Below, piece after piece: positions 24,735-36,687 of a stretch of DNA of 64,000 nucleotides. The notes below the pieces were generated by a model. That model was not told the origin of the DNA. It saw nothing but the letters and a program-made list of their open reading frames with translations, and searched no databases. This stretch comes from Eledone cirrhosa (lineage: Eukaryota): the NCBI GenBank assembly GCA_964016885.1, contig OZ024743.1, forward strand, positions 218,984,001 to 219,048,000, given 5' to 3'. The position numbers and the translations under genes were made by a program. How positions within the stretch are numbered: position 1 is the stretch's first letter; each line of letters starts with the position of its first letter.

Positions 24735-26378
24735 TTACCTCTCTGCGTCCCGGGAAACGGGCCGCTCAATTTCCATGCTGGTTGGGGATGGGTTGTTGGG
24801 TGGGGTGGTGGTTTGTGGAAGTGAAGGGGCATCGGTGTGTTGTGGGGTTGGGGTGTTTGTGGTTGAGTGGGTGTCTGTGTGAGGGTGGGGGGGTGAAATT
24901 TTTTAGGAGGACGCGATTGATTGGTTTGGCGCAGGGGGGGCCCACGTCCTCCGTGAAATTTATTTTCAGTGTTTTGTACAAGTGCATTGGGACTTTTATC
25001 ATTTTTAAATGAGGTAGTCCCACAGCAGTTATAAAGTTAGGCCCTTCAGTTTGGACCGAAGGGTTTGCTGAAATTGTTTTCCGTAATTCTTTGTTGTCTG
25101 TGTTCATGTATGTGTATTGTAAGGTCTTTTTTTGTGTAGCAGTTAGTGTTGTGTGACAGGGAGGGGTGGTTTGTGTGTAGTTTGTGTTCTCTTGGGGGGG
25201 GTTAAAGTTAACATGTGTGTCTGTGGTGCGTCTCCTCTTCTTTCTTTTTACTTGTTGGAAGGGATCTTTTTCGACTTGCGACGAAAGAGGTTCGTCTTCC
25301 TTGTTGGGTGGGAGGGGTATGTTTTCTGGTAGTGTTTGCGGTGTGCGTGTTTTAGTATTTGTTTTGGGTGGGGAGGGATTGGGTGGGACAGTATTCTGTG
25401 TTATTTTTTCACGTGTTTGTTGTTGTTGTTGTGGTGGTGGTGGTGGTGGGGTTGTTGGTTTTTGTTGTTGTTGTGGTTGTTTTTGTTGTTGTAGTTGGGG
25501 TGGTGTTGGTGTTGGTAGCAGTGTTTTTTTCTGTGTGAGCTGGGGACAGGCAGCCCTCAGGTGACCTCTATTGCCACAGAGGTAACAGGAGGGACGCCTA
25601 CCCTCCACAATAATGTTGAGGTGAGTACGGTCATCCAGCATGACGCGCTCAGGGATTTGGGCGATGCGTTCTGGCCTTATTTGGGTCAGAACTTCGATGC
25701 TCGTTCCACTGAACGCGTCGCCAGATGCCTTCGCTATTGAAATGAGGTTGTCCTCGTCTAAATTGAGGAAACCGGTTAGTAACCACCAGTAGTTTATGTT
25801 TGGGGTGATGGTGGTTATCCATATCCTCTGGGTTTTTTTACCCATGTAGGTGGGGAAGAAGGTGTAGTGTGTGGAACGAATTGGCGACACAGAGTATTTT
25901 TTCGCCGCCAATTCGTCTTTCATCAATATGGATAAACTCCCATAGAGTTTATCCTTTTGTATAAAAGTGATATCTCACATCGCGTCTTTCAAGACTAACT
26001 GAATTTCCGCTTGAGATGGTTGCGCTGGTTTCTTTGTTTTATTTAAAATTGTTCGGAATACGACAGTTCGTAATTCCGTCTGTCTTTTTAGCTCCGGAGG
26101 TGAATGTATAGAAAACGAACCGTTTTCGCCAAAAGACACATATTTCTTGGCTTTTTCCAGCATTTCTTTTGCTTTTGAAATATCTTCCAGCACATAAGCG
26201 ACTGATAATTTAGCCGTTTGTGCAAAAGATATTTTGTTTTCGCTTTGGATTTTAGTATTGTTTTGTTTCTCGTCGTTTGAGTTGTTTTCATCTTTGTTGT
26301 TGTTGTTGTCTTTCTCGTTTGGTGTGTGGATACTTGTGACGTTTGTGTTGTTGTTGTTTTTGTTGTCTTTATTGTTGC

Positions 26379-26409
<31 letters not shown>

Positions 26410-26580
26410 TTCAAATTCTTGTGTAGTTGTGGCTACATCTAGTGGTCGGTCAACAGGTGAAGACAATTCTTCCTCTCTCTGACCTCTGTCTTTGGCATCT
26501 GCTGCTGTGACAGTGGCAGGGGGAAGCTGTGAGTATGACTTCTTTCCTTCTTTGATTGATGGTGAAGATGCTTCAGCCAT
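24735..26580 (-). pseudogene. Tx1 ORF1 (gag-like nucleic-acid-binding protein)
   Basis: MAEASS start, poly-Asn tract, zinc knuckle CYLCGNRGHLRAAC, Q/P-rich tail. Premature TGA at 25975-25977 (AGA in the other copy); probable frameshift in the G-run near 24890; likely natural end ...SRDAER* at 24735-24737. Confidence 0.8.
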
Positions 26581-26816
26581 TTTTCTCAAAATAGGGTTTT
26601 TCGAAGTTTTTCGAAAGATAAAATGTTCACAATACTATTTCGCCCAAAGGCGCAGAATATTTTGAGAGACCGACCAGATCAAAATTTGACCTGGCAGTCC
26701 CTCTACAAAATGGTACAAAAATGAAAGTTTACAGTTTACAATTTTCGTATGAATTTAAACAAAAACTTACCGAGCGAGCTCAGCACATGTGTCCATCGTA
26801 AAGAGATAGATAGATA

Positions 26817-28722
26817 TGTTTCTTTTATTTGCCACAAGGGCATCAAAAGTGGGACAAGTACAATGGGGGGAGTTTACAAAACAAGGCGTCCTCAATAGGG
26901 AGGAGGTAATAACAATATATAAAAATAAAATAAAATATAACAAAAAATAGAATTATAACAAAATCCTCAATAGAGGATTTTGTTATAAAATATAACAAAA
27001 AATAAAATTTATAACAAAATCCTCAATAGAGAGGAGGCGCCTTGGGGGGTCGCACACACCCCCGAAAAAAGTGTGCAACCCTTTTCCTCGGGAGCACAGA
27101 GAGGGGGTGCTCCCTCGTTCCTTCCTCTTTTCCACCTACAGGCTCATGTAAAGAGAAGGCCCATTCACACGGGCCATTCTCGCCACTTTCACCCACCTTT
27201 CATAAAAACGACTGGGGTGCAGCACCTCTCTCTCCATCCTGATCCTTCTTCCGAAATGATATCGGAAGAAACGGACCAGTTGTTGGCCAGAGAGAAAGGT
27301 GCCTGACCTCAGTCCTTTCAGACGCGTCCACCATACAACCTCTTTCGCCATGGCTATTACGCACAGAAACACCGCCTCTGCTTCATCTTTGAAGGGGGGA
27401 GGCGGCTTGATCATTACAATAGACTCGGTGGTCAACCGGATCGGTCCCACCCTTGACAGCAGTTGTTCGACATAGCCCCACAGATCGGCTACGCCCGAGC
27501 AGTGTACCAATGCGTGTGCAACGGTTTCCTCGTCGCACACGCATCTGGGACAGATCTTTTTGGCGGGGTCCCTGCCCGGGCGCCCGTGTCTGTAGAGCCT
27601 TTCTCGAACGGGTAAAGCTCCTCGGTAGCACTGCCAGGCCAGGGACTTCTGGAAGTTGTCCATAGGTCCCGGGCTGAATGTCCTACCGAACAGGCTGGCC
27701 AGTTCGTCCTCCTCCATGTCTAGGGCTTCTCCGAGGGCGTCGTCGCACCTGCTGCGTACCAGCCCTCTATAGAATGTTGCGGTGGAGTCTCCACTGATAA
27801 CCGGATCCGCCTGCCAGAGGGCGGTGAGCGCCTGGGCACACTCAGTGTGCCAGGCGCCCAGTTTTCTCGGTCTTTGCTTGACCCAGGATTGCAGCTCGGT
27901 GAGTGAGACGAGTCTGGGAAAGGTTCGTCTCACAAACGAGGCCCACACCGGTTGTCCGGTGAGGAATACGTAGAGGTGCCGTAGCCTTAATGCGTGTTTA
28001 CGCATCATTAGCCACGGCATCCCCAGCCCTCCTTTCGAAGGGTGTTGACAGCAGATGGATCTCCTCACCATAGGAGCCCGCCTCTTCCAAAGGAATTGGA
28101 AGAGCGCGCGCTCCATCTTGGTGAGGGTTTCCCTTGGGCAGGGCACTACGGTCAGGCGCTAGTAGATGACGGACGCTATGTAGGTGTTCGCCACCTCCGC
28201 CCGACCTTTCAGGGATAGTTTGCAACTGGCCCACTTCTGGGTCAGTGCAAACACCCTGTTCGTAACCTCCGCCCAGTTTTTCTCCACCTGGAGGTCCGGT
28301 CCGAACCAGACCCCGAGCAACTTCACCGGGCCCTCCGTCCAGCGTCCGACGACGCCATCGGAGGGCATCGGTCTGCCCCTCCACGTGCCGAGTTGCAAAC
28401 CGATCGACTTGTCCCGGTTCAGCTTAGCCCCTGTGAACTTTTCGTACTCCTCCAGTAAGGTGCCGACCGCCTCGATTTCGGAGGCCGTCGACACCATTAC
28501 TGTCACGTCATCGGCGTAGGCCGACACCGCTTTCCGCAATCCCGGTTCCAAAGGGATGCCCTGCAACAACTCCAACTTCCGCAGTAGTGGATCGAGAGTC
28601 AACACATACAGAAGGGAGGAGAGAGAGCACCCTTGTCGGATGGACCGCGCGATTTTGAACGGCTCCGAGAGGTAGCCGTTCACCTTGACCCTAGAGCAGA
28701 TGCGGCTGCTGTGCATAGCAGT
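26817..28722 (-). mobile_element. Tx1 family A, 5'-truncated copy
   Basis: Near-identical to 21007-22862; YADD motif; same TAG at 28159-28161; 5' junction in (GATA)n. Confidence 0.92.
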
Positions 28723-28747
28723 GATAGATAGATAGATATATAGATAG

Positions 28748-30763
28748 ATTTCTTTATTAGCCACAAGGGCGCAACAAGAAAGGGGACAATACAAAGACAT
28801 GCCGGGGATTTTACATACAGTCGTGTAAAAAATATAAAAACAAACAATTTCAACAATCGAAATCCCCAATAGGGGGGAGGCGCCACAAATGGGTTGTTTA
28901 ATACCCCGTCGATAGAACAACCCTCAACTCAAGGAGCGTGTTGTGCAAGTGCTCCTTTCTTCCTTTTGCTCTCTTCCTCAACCTACAGGCTTATAAACAG
29001 AGAAGGCCCAATCACTCGGGCCATTTTCGCTTCATTCACCCACCTTTCAGTAAATTTACTGGGGTGCAGTGCCTCTCTCTCCACCCTGATTCTCCTTCTA
29101 AAGTGATACTTAAAGAATGGAATCAATTGTTGTCCGGAGAGAAAAGCATCTGTCCTCAGTCCTCTCAACCTCGTCCACCATATAACTTCTTTCACCATAG
29201 CCACCGTACAGAGGAAAACCGCCTCTCTTTCGTTTTTGAAAGAGTCTGGCGGTTTGATCCTTACTATGGACTCGGCAGTCAACTGTATTTGTCCCATACG
29301 CGACAGCCATTGTTCTGCATAGTTCCACAGGTCGCTTACGCCCGGGCAGTGTACAATTGCGTGCAGAACTGTTTCAATGTCCTGCGCACATCTTGGACAC
29401 GTCCTCTTGGAAGGATCCCTGCCAGGGCGTCCGTGCCTGTAGATCTTGTCACGAACCGGTAGAGCTCCTCGGTAGCACTGCCAGGCCAGGGACCTCTGGA
29501 AGTTGTCCATAGGTCCCGGGCGGAAAGTCCTACCAAACATACTGGTGAGCTCATCGTCTTCGACGCCCAGAGTCTCTCCGAGCACGTCGTCGCCCTTGTA
29601 ACGTACAATCCCTCTATAGAATGTCGAAGTGGAGTCTCCACTGATTGCTGCGCCCGCTTGCCAGAGGACTGTGAGCGCCTGAGCGCATTCAATGTGCCAG
29701 GCGCCCATCGTTTTCGGTCTTTTCTTCACCCAGGACTGCAGCTCCGTTAGCGAGACGAGCTGTGGGAAAGCCTGTCTCACAAACGGTGCCCACACCGGTT
29801 GGGGGTCGGTGAGGAATACCTGGAGATGCCGCAGCCTCAGCGCATGTTTGCGCATCATCAGCCACGGCATTCCCAGCCCGCCGTTGGAAGGGTGCTGACA
29901 GCAGACGGATCTCCTCACCAGCGGAGCCTGCTTCTTCCACAGAAACTGGAAGAGCATGCGTTCCATCTTGGCGAGGTGTTCACGGGGACAAGGCACGACA
30001 GTCAAGCGGTAGTAGATGACGGACGCTATGAAAGTGTTCGCCACCTCCGCTCGACCTTTCAAGGACAGTTTGCACTCTGCCCACTTCTGAGTGAGTGCAA
30101 ACACCTTGGCCGTGACCTCGTTCCAGTTTTTCTCCACCTGGAGGTCTGGACCGAACCAGACCCCGAGCAATTTCACCGGTCCGTCCGTCCAGCGTCCAAC
30201 GACGCTGTCGGATGTCATCGGTTTGCCTCTCCACGTACCGAGTTGCAAACCGACAGACTTGTCTGGGTTTAGTTTTGCTCCCGTCAGCGTTTCGTATTCT
30301 TTCAGTATGTTGCCGATCACCCCGATTTCCGAGGTGCTCGACACCATTACTGTCACGTCTTCGGCATAAGCCGACGCCGCTTTGCGCAGTCCCGGTTCTA
30401 GGGGGATGCCCTGCAACAGCTCCAATTTCCGCAGTAGTGGCTCTAGAGTCAATACATACAGAATGGAGGAGAGAGGGCATCCCTGTCGAATGGAACGCGT
30501 GATTGCGAACGGCTCCGATATGTAGCCGTTCACCTTGACCCTCGAGCAGATGCTGGTGTGCATCGCCTCGATCCATCCTCTGAACACGGGACCGAAACCG
30601 GCCGCCTTGAGAACCGCTTCCAAGTATCGATGGTCGACCCTATCGAATGCCTTAGACTGATCCAAGTTGATCAGAGCCCCACCGAAGCCGGGTTTACTAC
30701 CCACCCTCTCTATGATGTATCGCATGAGGTGGAGGTTGTCATGTATGGACCTAGTCGGGATTG
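28748..30763 (-). mobile_element. Tx1 family B, 5'-truncated copy with an open RT to C-terminal frame (28983-30725)
   Basis: Diverged paralog of family A ORF2 (LDQSKAFDRV, RQGCPLS, YAED, CPRC..HAIVHC); (GATA)n on both sides. Confidence 0.92.
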
Positions 30764-31185
30764 CATATATAGATAGATAGATAGAGCATCTGTTTGGTTA
30801 TAAAGCTATGATCAAATAAAAGTACCTTGAGAGTAAAAAATGGAATCGAACTCGGAATGATATAGCTGCAAAGTAAGTCCCCTAACCACAAAGCCAGGCG
30901 TGCGCTCGTCTGTTGATAAATTTCGCTCTCGTTTTCTTGTTTCACACTCTAAAGAAATTAGTCGATCACTTTACATACATGTAATATTGTACCTAGTAGT
31001 ATCAGCGCAGATTCCAAGTAGTTCGTAATCAAATGATATGTTTGTGAGAAAATTCCCAAGGTACGAGATGATTGAAATTCATTATGAAATATTTATTATG
31101 CACAGTTTCTACTCAAGCCATAACATAATACAATTTCAGCGATTATTTTCACAGATCTTGCCGCTTACGCACACAAACATATCGA

Positions 31186-31237
<52 letters not shown>

Positions 31238-31401
31238 GAGGTTATATTTAATTTGTTGGGATACAACAAGCTAGAATATTTTTATAACTGATATAAAGTA
31301 CTCAAAAAATTATTGGAGTAAATATACAATATATTAACAAATGGAAATATGTATAATAAAATAAATATGGTTTTATAAATATAGTTTCCATTTGTTTCCA
31401 T

Positions 31402-31442
<41 letters not shown>

Positions 31443-31476
31443 TCGGTTATTTTTCATTTTGTAAAAAAAACCTCAC

Positions 31477-31507
<31 letters not shown>

Positions 31508-31631
31508 AATGGAAAAGAATGAAATGAAATGAAATTTCTCACTTTTAGTACGGCTTAAATGTAAGTATGTATACGTACATACATATATGTATACAGACGT
31601 ACAGTAGTATGTATATATATACATACATGCA

Positions 31632-31692
<61 letters not shown>

Positions 31693-31810
31693 GTATGGGT
31701 TTACCGAACATTTATTATAATGTTCGGTTTGTTTGAAAACAAACAGCCCGAATTAAGCCGTACAGTGTTCGGCAACCATCGTGGCCGTTTTGTTCAACAC
31801 TGATAAAGGA

Positions 31811-31853
31811 ACAATGAACTAGTTTCAAGCTTATTAGCTATCGTCAGTATCGT
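31811..31853 (-). ncRNA. Type I hammerhead ribozyme (copy 1, stem I mismatch)
   Basis: ACGATA-CTGACGA-TAGCT-AATA-AGCTT-GAAA-CTAG-TT-CATTGT. Confidence 0.7.
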
Positions 31854-32241
31854 ATACCTTCCTGTCAGATGATTGAACGTTTGAAAGTATATACTTTCCT
31901 TGTGCATATTAACGGCTAAGCAGCCTAATTTGCATATCGAATGAGTTAGTCGGCCGGGTTTATCGAAAACGATAAATGGAAAAGAATGAAATGAAATTTC
32001 ATTTCTCACTGTTAGTACGGCTGATACTTAAATGTAAGTATCTATACGTACATACATATATGTATACAGACGTACAGTAGTATGTATATATGTACATACA
32101 TGCACACATATATATATATGTACGTATGGGTTTAGCGAACATTTATTATAATGTTCGGTTTGTTTGTAAACGAACAGCCCGAATTAAGCCGTACAGTGTT
32201 CGGCAACCATCGTTGCCCTTTTATTCAACACTGACAAAGGA

Positions 32242-32284
32242 ACGATGAACTAGTTTCAAGCTTATTAGCTATCGTCAGCATCGT
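32242..32284 (-). ncRNA. Type I hammerhead ribozyme (copy 2, intact core)
   Basis: ACGATG-CTGACGA-TAGCT-AATA-AGCTT-GAAA-CTAG-TT-CATCGT: 6-bp stem I, canonical core, palindromic minimal stem III, GUU cleavage triplet. Confidence 0.85.
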
Positions 32285-32519
32285 ATACCTTCCTGCCAGA
32301 TGTATGTATACATATATGTATGTACGTATACATACTTACATTTAAGTATCAGCCGTAATAAGAGTGAGAAATGAAATTTCATTTCATTCTTTTCCATTTA
32401 TCGTTTTCGGTATGCCCGTCCGACTAACTCATTCGATATGCAAATTAGGCTGCTCAGCCGTTAATATGCATAAGGAAAGTATATACTTTCAAACGCTCAA
32501 TCATCTGACGGGAAGGTAT

Positions 32520-32562
32520 ACGATGCTGACGATAGCTAATAAGCTTGAACCTAGTTCATTGT
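32520..32562 (+). ncRNA. Type I hammerhead ribozyme (copy 3, GAAA mutated to GAAC)
   Basis: ACGATG-CTGACGA-TAGCTAATAAGCTT-GAAC-CTAG-TT-CATTGT. Confidence 0.6.
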
Positions 32563-32680
32563 TACTATGTCAGTGTTGAACAAAAGGGCAACGATGGTTG
32601 CCGAACACTGTACGGCTTAATTCGGGCTGTTTGTTTACAAACAAACCGAACATTATAATAAATGTTCGCTAAACCCATAC

Positions 32681-32751
<71 letters not shown>

Positions 32752-32860
32752 CATGTATGTATATATATATACATACTACTGTACGTCTGTATACATATAT
32801 GTATACATACTTACATTTATATATATATACATATATATATATATATACATATATGTACTG

Positions 32861-33896
<1,036 letters not shown>

Positions 33897-34613
33897 GGGG
33901 GCGAGAGGAGGGGTGTTCGCTCATATCACACTGAAATGGTAATACATTACCGGCGGCATTTCCGCATACTTGCATAACAACACCTCATAATTGTATGATA
34001 CATCTGATGATGTCACATGGAAAGTGTTAATGAAATAACCACTGCATAACCATGTCCTTGAAATATATATAATACAATAAAACAATTTTGTCAACGTAAC
34101 ACTGTCTTAACAACATTTCATTTAATTGAAACTCCGTCACACCTAATCCCCTACATTTAGCTGGGGATACACTACTGGCGTGAAGGGTTTTTGGATTGCT
34201 AAAACTGGTTCATCCTCGCAGCGTTACACTGGTAACCTCTATGGATAAACACCATAATTATATGCACTATATATATATATATATACGATGGCTGCAAACT
34301 CTGCTAAGAGTACTGCAATCGCTAGTCAGATTATAGAGTTTGGTGCACTGTTAGGCTACGGCCAGCCATACAAACCTGTAACATATCCTGAACAAGCAAT
34401 GCCTGAGCTTTGAAGTGGGGAAAAGGCCTTGCACTCGACCATTCCCACTCTCTGAGCATCGAAAACACTACCCGAAGAGAACATACATACATACATATGA
34501 TACATACATATATATGTATATGTGAAGATATGTGTGTATACTCTTTTACTCTTTTACCTGTTCCAGCCATCCGGCTGAGGCCATGCTGGGGCACCGCCCT
34601 TAAATATATATAT

Positions 34614-34680
<67 letters not shown>

Positions 34681-34974
34681 GCGCACACACGCCCATACAC
34701 ATACACAAATTCTCTCTGTATATATGTGTGTGTTGATACGAAGCATTGTGAGATATGTAGTAAAAAACCGATAAGTTTCAAAAGCTGGTACAATGTAGTA
34801 GAAAAATAATGTTTTACCCAGTAAATTTCAACATAATATTTCAGGTTTAACCCCCTCTTTTCAAATGTGGCGTTGAAACAGTTCAAAACAAAACGGTCGA
34901 TGTGTTCTTCTTTAACTGACCTGCGTGCCTGTAATACGCATGCGTTATAGTAACTAGTCTGCATCATGCATTTT

Positions 34975-35200
34975 CAATCTATTATTTATCTGTATTTTTA
35001 TTTTTTTTCTTGTTGATGATAATGGCCTCTTTGATTCTTAAATTGCCTATATTCCTTTCAGTCGCTTCTATGGTGACTTCAATGTCTTGGCTGCACCAGA
35101 CGGACAAGATGACGAAAGCATTGCCGTGGAGATCAGCCAGTAACATCTGCTGCATCAACCACTCCACTTAACGGGGATCTTTCCTCAGGCAGGATGCACG
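34975..35200 (-). mobile_element. Possible Penelope-like GIY-YIG C-terminal remnant
   Basis: Peptide DIEVTIEATERNIGNLRIKEAIIINKKK resembles the conserved R..KEA..I end of PLE endonucleases. Confidence 0.4.
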
Positions 35201-36249
35201 CCTCCCAATTTTACGGCCATTCAGGGACCGAGAAAACTGGAGGTCTGGGCGTTGACCGGCAAAAAAAAGGGAGCGGTCGGTCGAATCATGGAATCTCCAT
35301 AAATATCCTCTTAAAGATAAAATACACATAATAACATCACAATTTGATTTTTTTTTTGTACTTTTTACTCTGTAATTTATTTAAGATTGTAATAGATCTG
35401 TCTTGACACATTTCTAAAATTCTTTAAAAGCTACAAAACCACTTATCCCTGCATGATATTTTGCTTTCTTTATTCTCCTCAACCATATCGTATAATACCA
35501 TTATTCTGAATGAGATCCAGAAACAAGCACAGAGTTCCACCTCACATCTCTCACACAGTCCTAACGGTTATCTTTCCCTAACATTCCTAATCTCAAAGGG
35601 AAGAAATGTGTTTGCTTTACGCTTTCAGATTGAAACAATAAATGTATATGTGAAGATAAGAGAACAACAGCATAACATTTAGCTTTCGTTTTTTGATAGA
35701 TAGAGCAGAGCGGAAAGTAATGACTACCTAATCTGAAAAAGAAAAAAATGTTTTGTTGATATATATAATGTTTCTAAAGATTTCTTCGTGCCTGTTGACA
35801 CTCAATTCAGAAAAGTATACTTTAGTGTTGTTAATGTTTAAAGTATGTCGCGCGGGTTGGCAAAGTTGTTAAAGTGTCAACTTGTGGAATTTCGGAAGAG
35901 CTCGGTCGTTGACAACGATTTGTTTTTGTTTTTTATTATTTTGTTGTCATTGTCGGTGGTTGTCGGTGGTTCACCTTTCTGACCGACGTATCAGATGGTG
36001 CTCGTCGCGATTGTGCTTGGTTATTCCAAGGACTTAGCCACGTTGTCACCCGCGGCAATGTTGTAAGTCTATTGGCTTGACTCAAACAATTATTAGAAGG
36101 AAACTCCAGCGTCTCCTTATGTAACGTGTTATTCAGTGTGCATGTTCGTTTTCTTTTTTCTTGATTTGTTTCTTTTGTAATTATATAATGACACCAGAAG
36201 AACATACATACATAAATACATACATACATACGTACACACATACATACAT

Positions 36250-36258
36250 AAAATGGCG
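36250..36258 (+). promoter_or_regulatory. YY1-like motif at the element 5' end (possible internal promoter)
   Basis: AAAATGGCG matches the YY1 consensus and sits at the junction with (TACA)n. Function is inferred only. Confidence 0.3.
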
Positions 36259-36687
36259 ACCGTTGTGGTCAGTGTCCGATAATCGGACGTGTGTAATTAC
36301 GGCTTACATGAAGGCAACATACCATATATTGGAAAAAGTTGAGCTACATTACGCGGTAAGATTACATACAATAATTCTACATAAATGTTTGAACTGTAGG
36401 TATGTTGTAAAACACCTATTTATATGAACGATACATACACTTATGATATATGAACGATACATACACTTTAACATATAAATGCAACGTTGTTATATTACAT
36501 TTATAAAGAAATATTACATTTATATAAAACACAGTTGTAGAATTAAAAACTAACTGAAAAGAAATATTACTCAAGCTGTGAATAACTTTAAATTTGATTC
36601 TGACAGAACTTTGTCGTAACTTTTAAAGAAGATCATCGACTATTTTGAAAAATAAATACGAAATATTAGTGAATAGACGAACTCATC

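Larger units (their letters stand above)
21007..26803 (-). mobile_element. Tx1-type (L1 clade) LINE family A, full length (~5.8 kb) with few disablements
   Basis: 5'UTR, ORF1 and ORF2 (APE-RT-CCHC), 3' end AATAAAAGAAACATA followed by TCTA repeats; GATA repeats at both junctions. Confidence 0.93.
31507..32818 (-). mobile_element. Non-coding hammerhead-containing tandem and inverted repeat (retrozyme or non-autonomous Penelope-like element)
   Basis: About 430-470 bp unit in tandem (31507-32301) plus an inverted copy (32302-32818); one hammerhead per unit; (TA)n flanks; no credible ORF. Confidence 0.8.

Noticed and set aside
28159-28920. 253-aa ORF as a novel fusion protein
   Set aside because: It is a chance read-through from the Tx1-B 3'UTR and (TATC)n into truncated Tx1-A RT.
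22957-30576. Antisense and alternative-frame ORFs inside Tx1 copies
   Set aside because: Shadow ORFs of GC-rich coding sequence with no motifs.
31507-32818. Helitron/Helentron-type element (hairpin plus an 11-bp inverted repeat TTAAGCCGTAC)
   Set aside because: The hammerhead in each unit and the tandem-plus-5'-inverted layout fit Penelope/retrozyme better; no clear Helitron termini.
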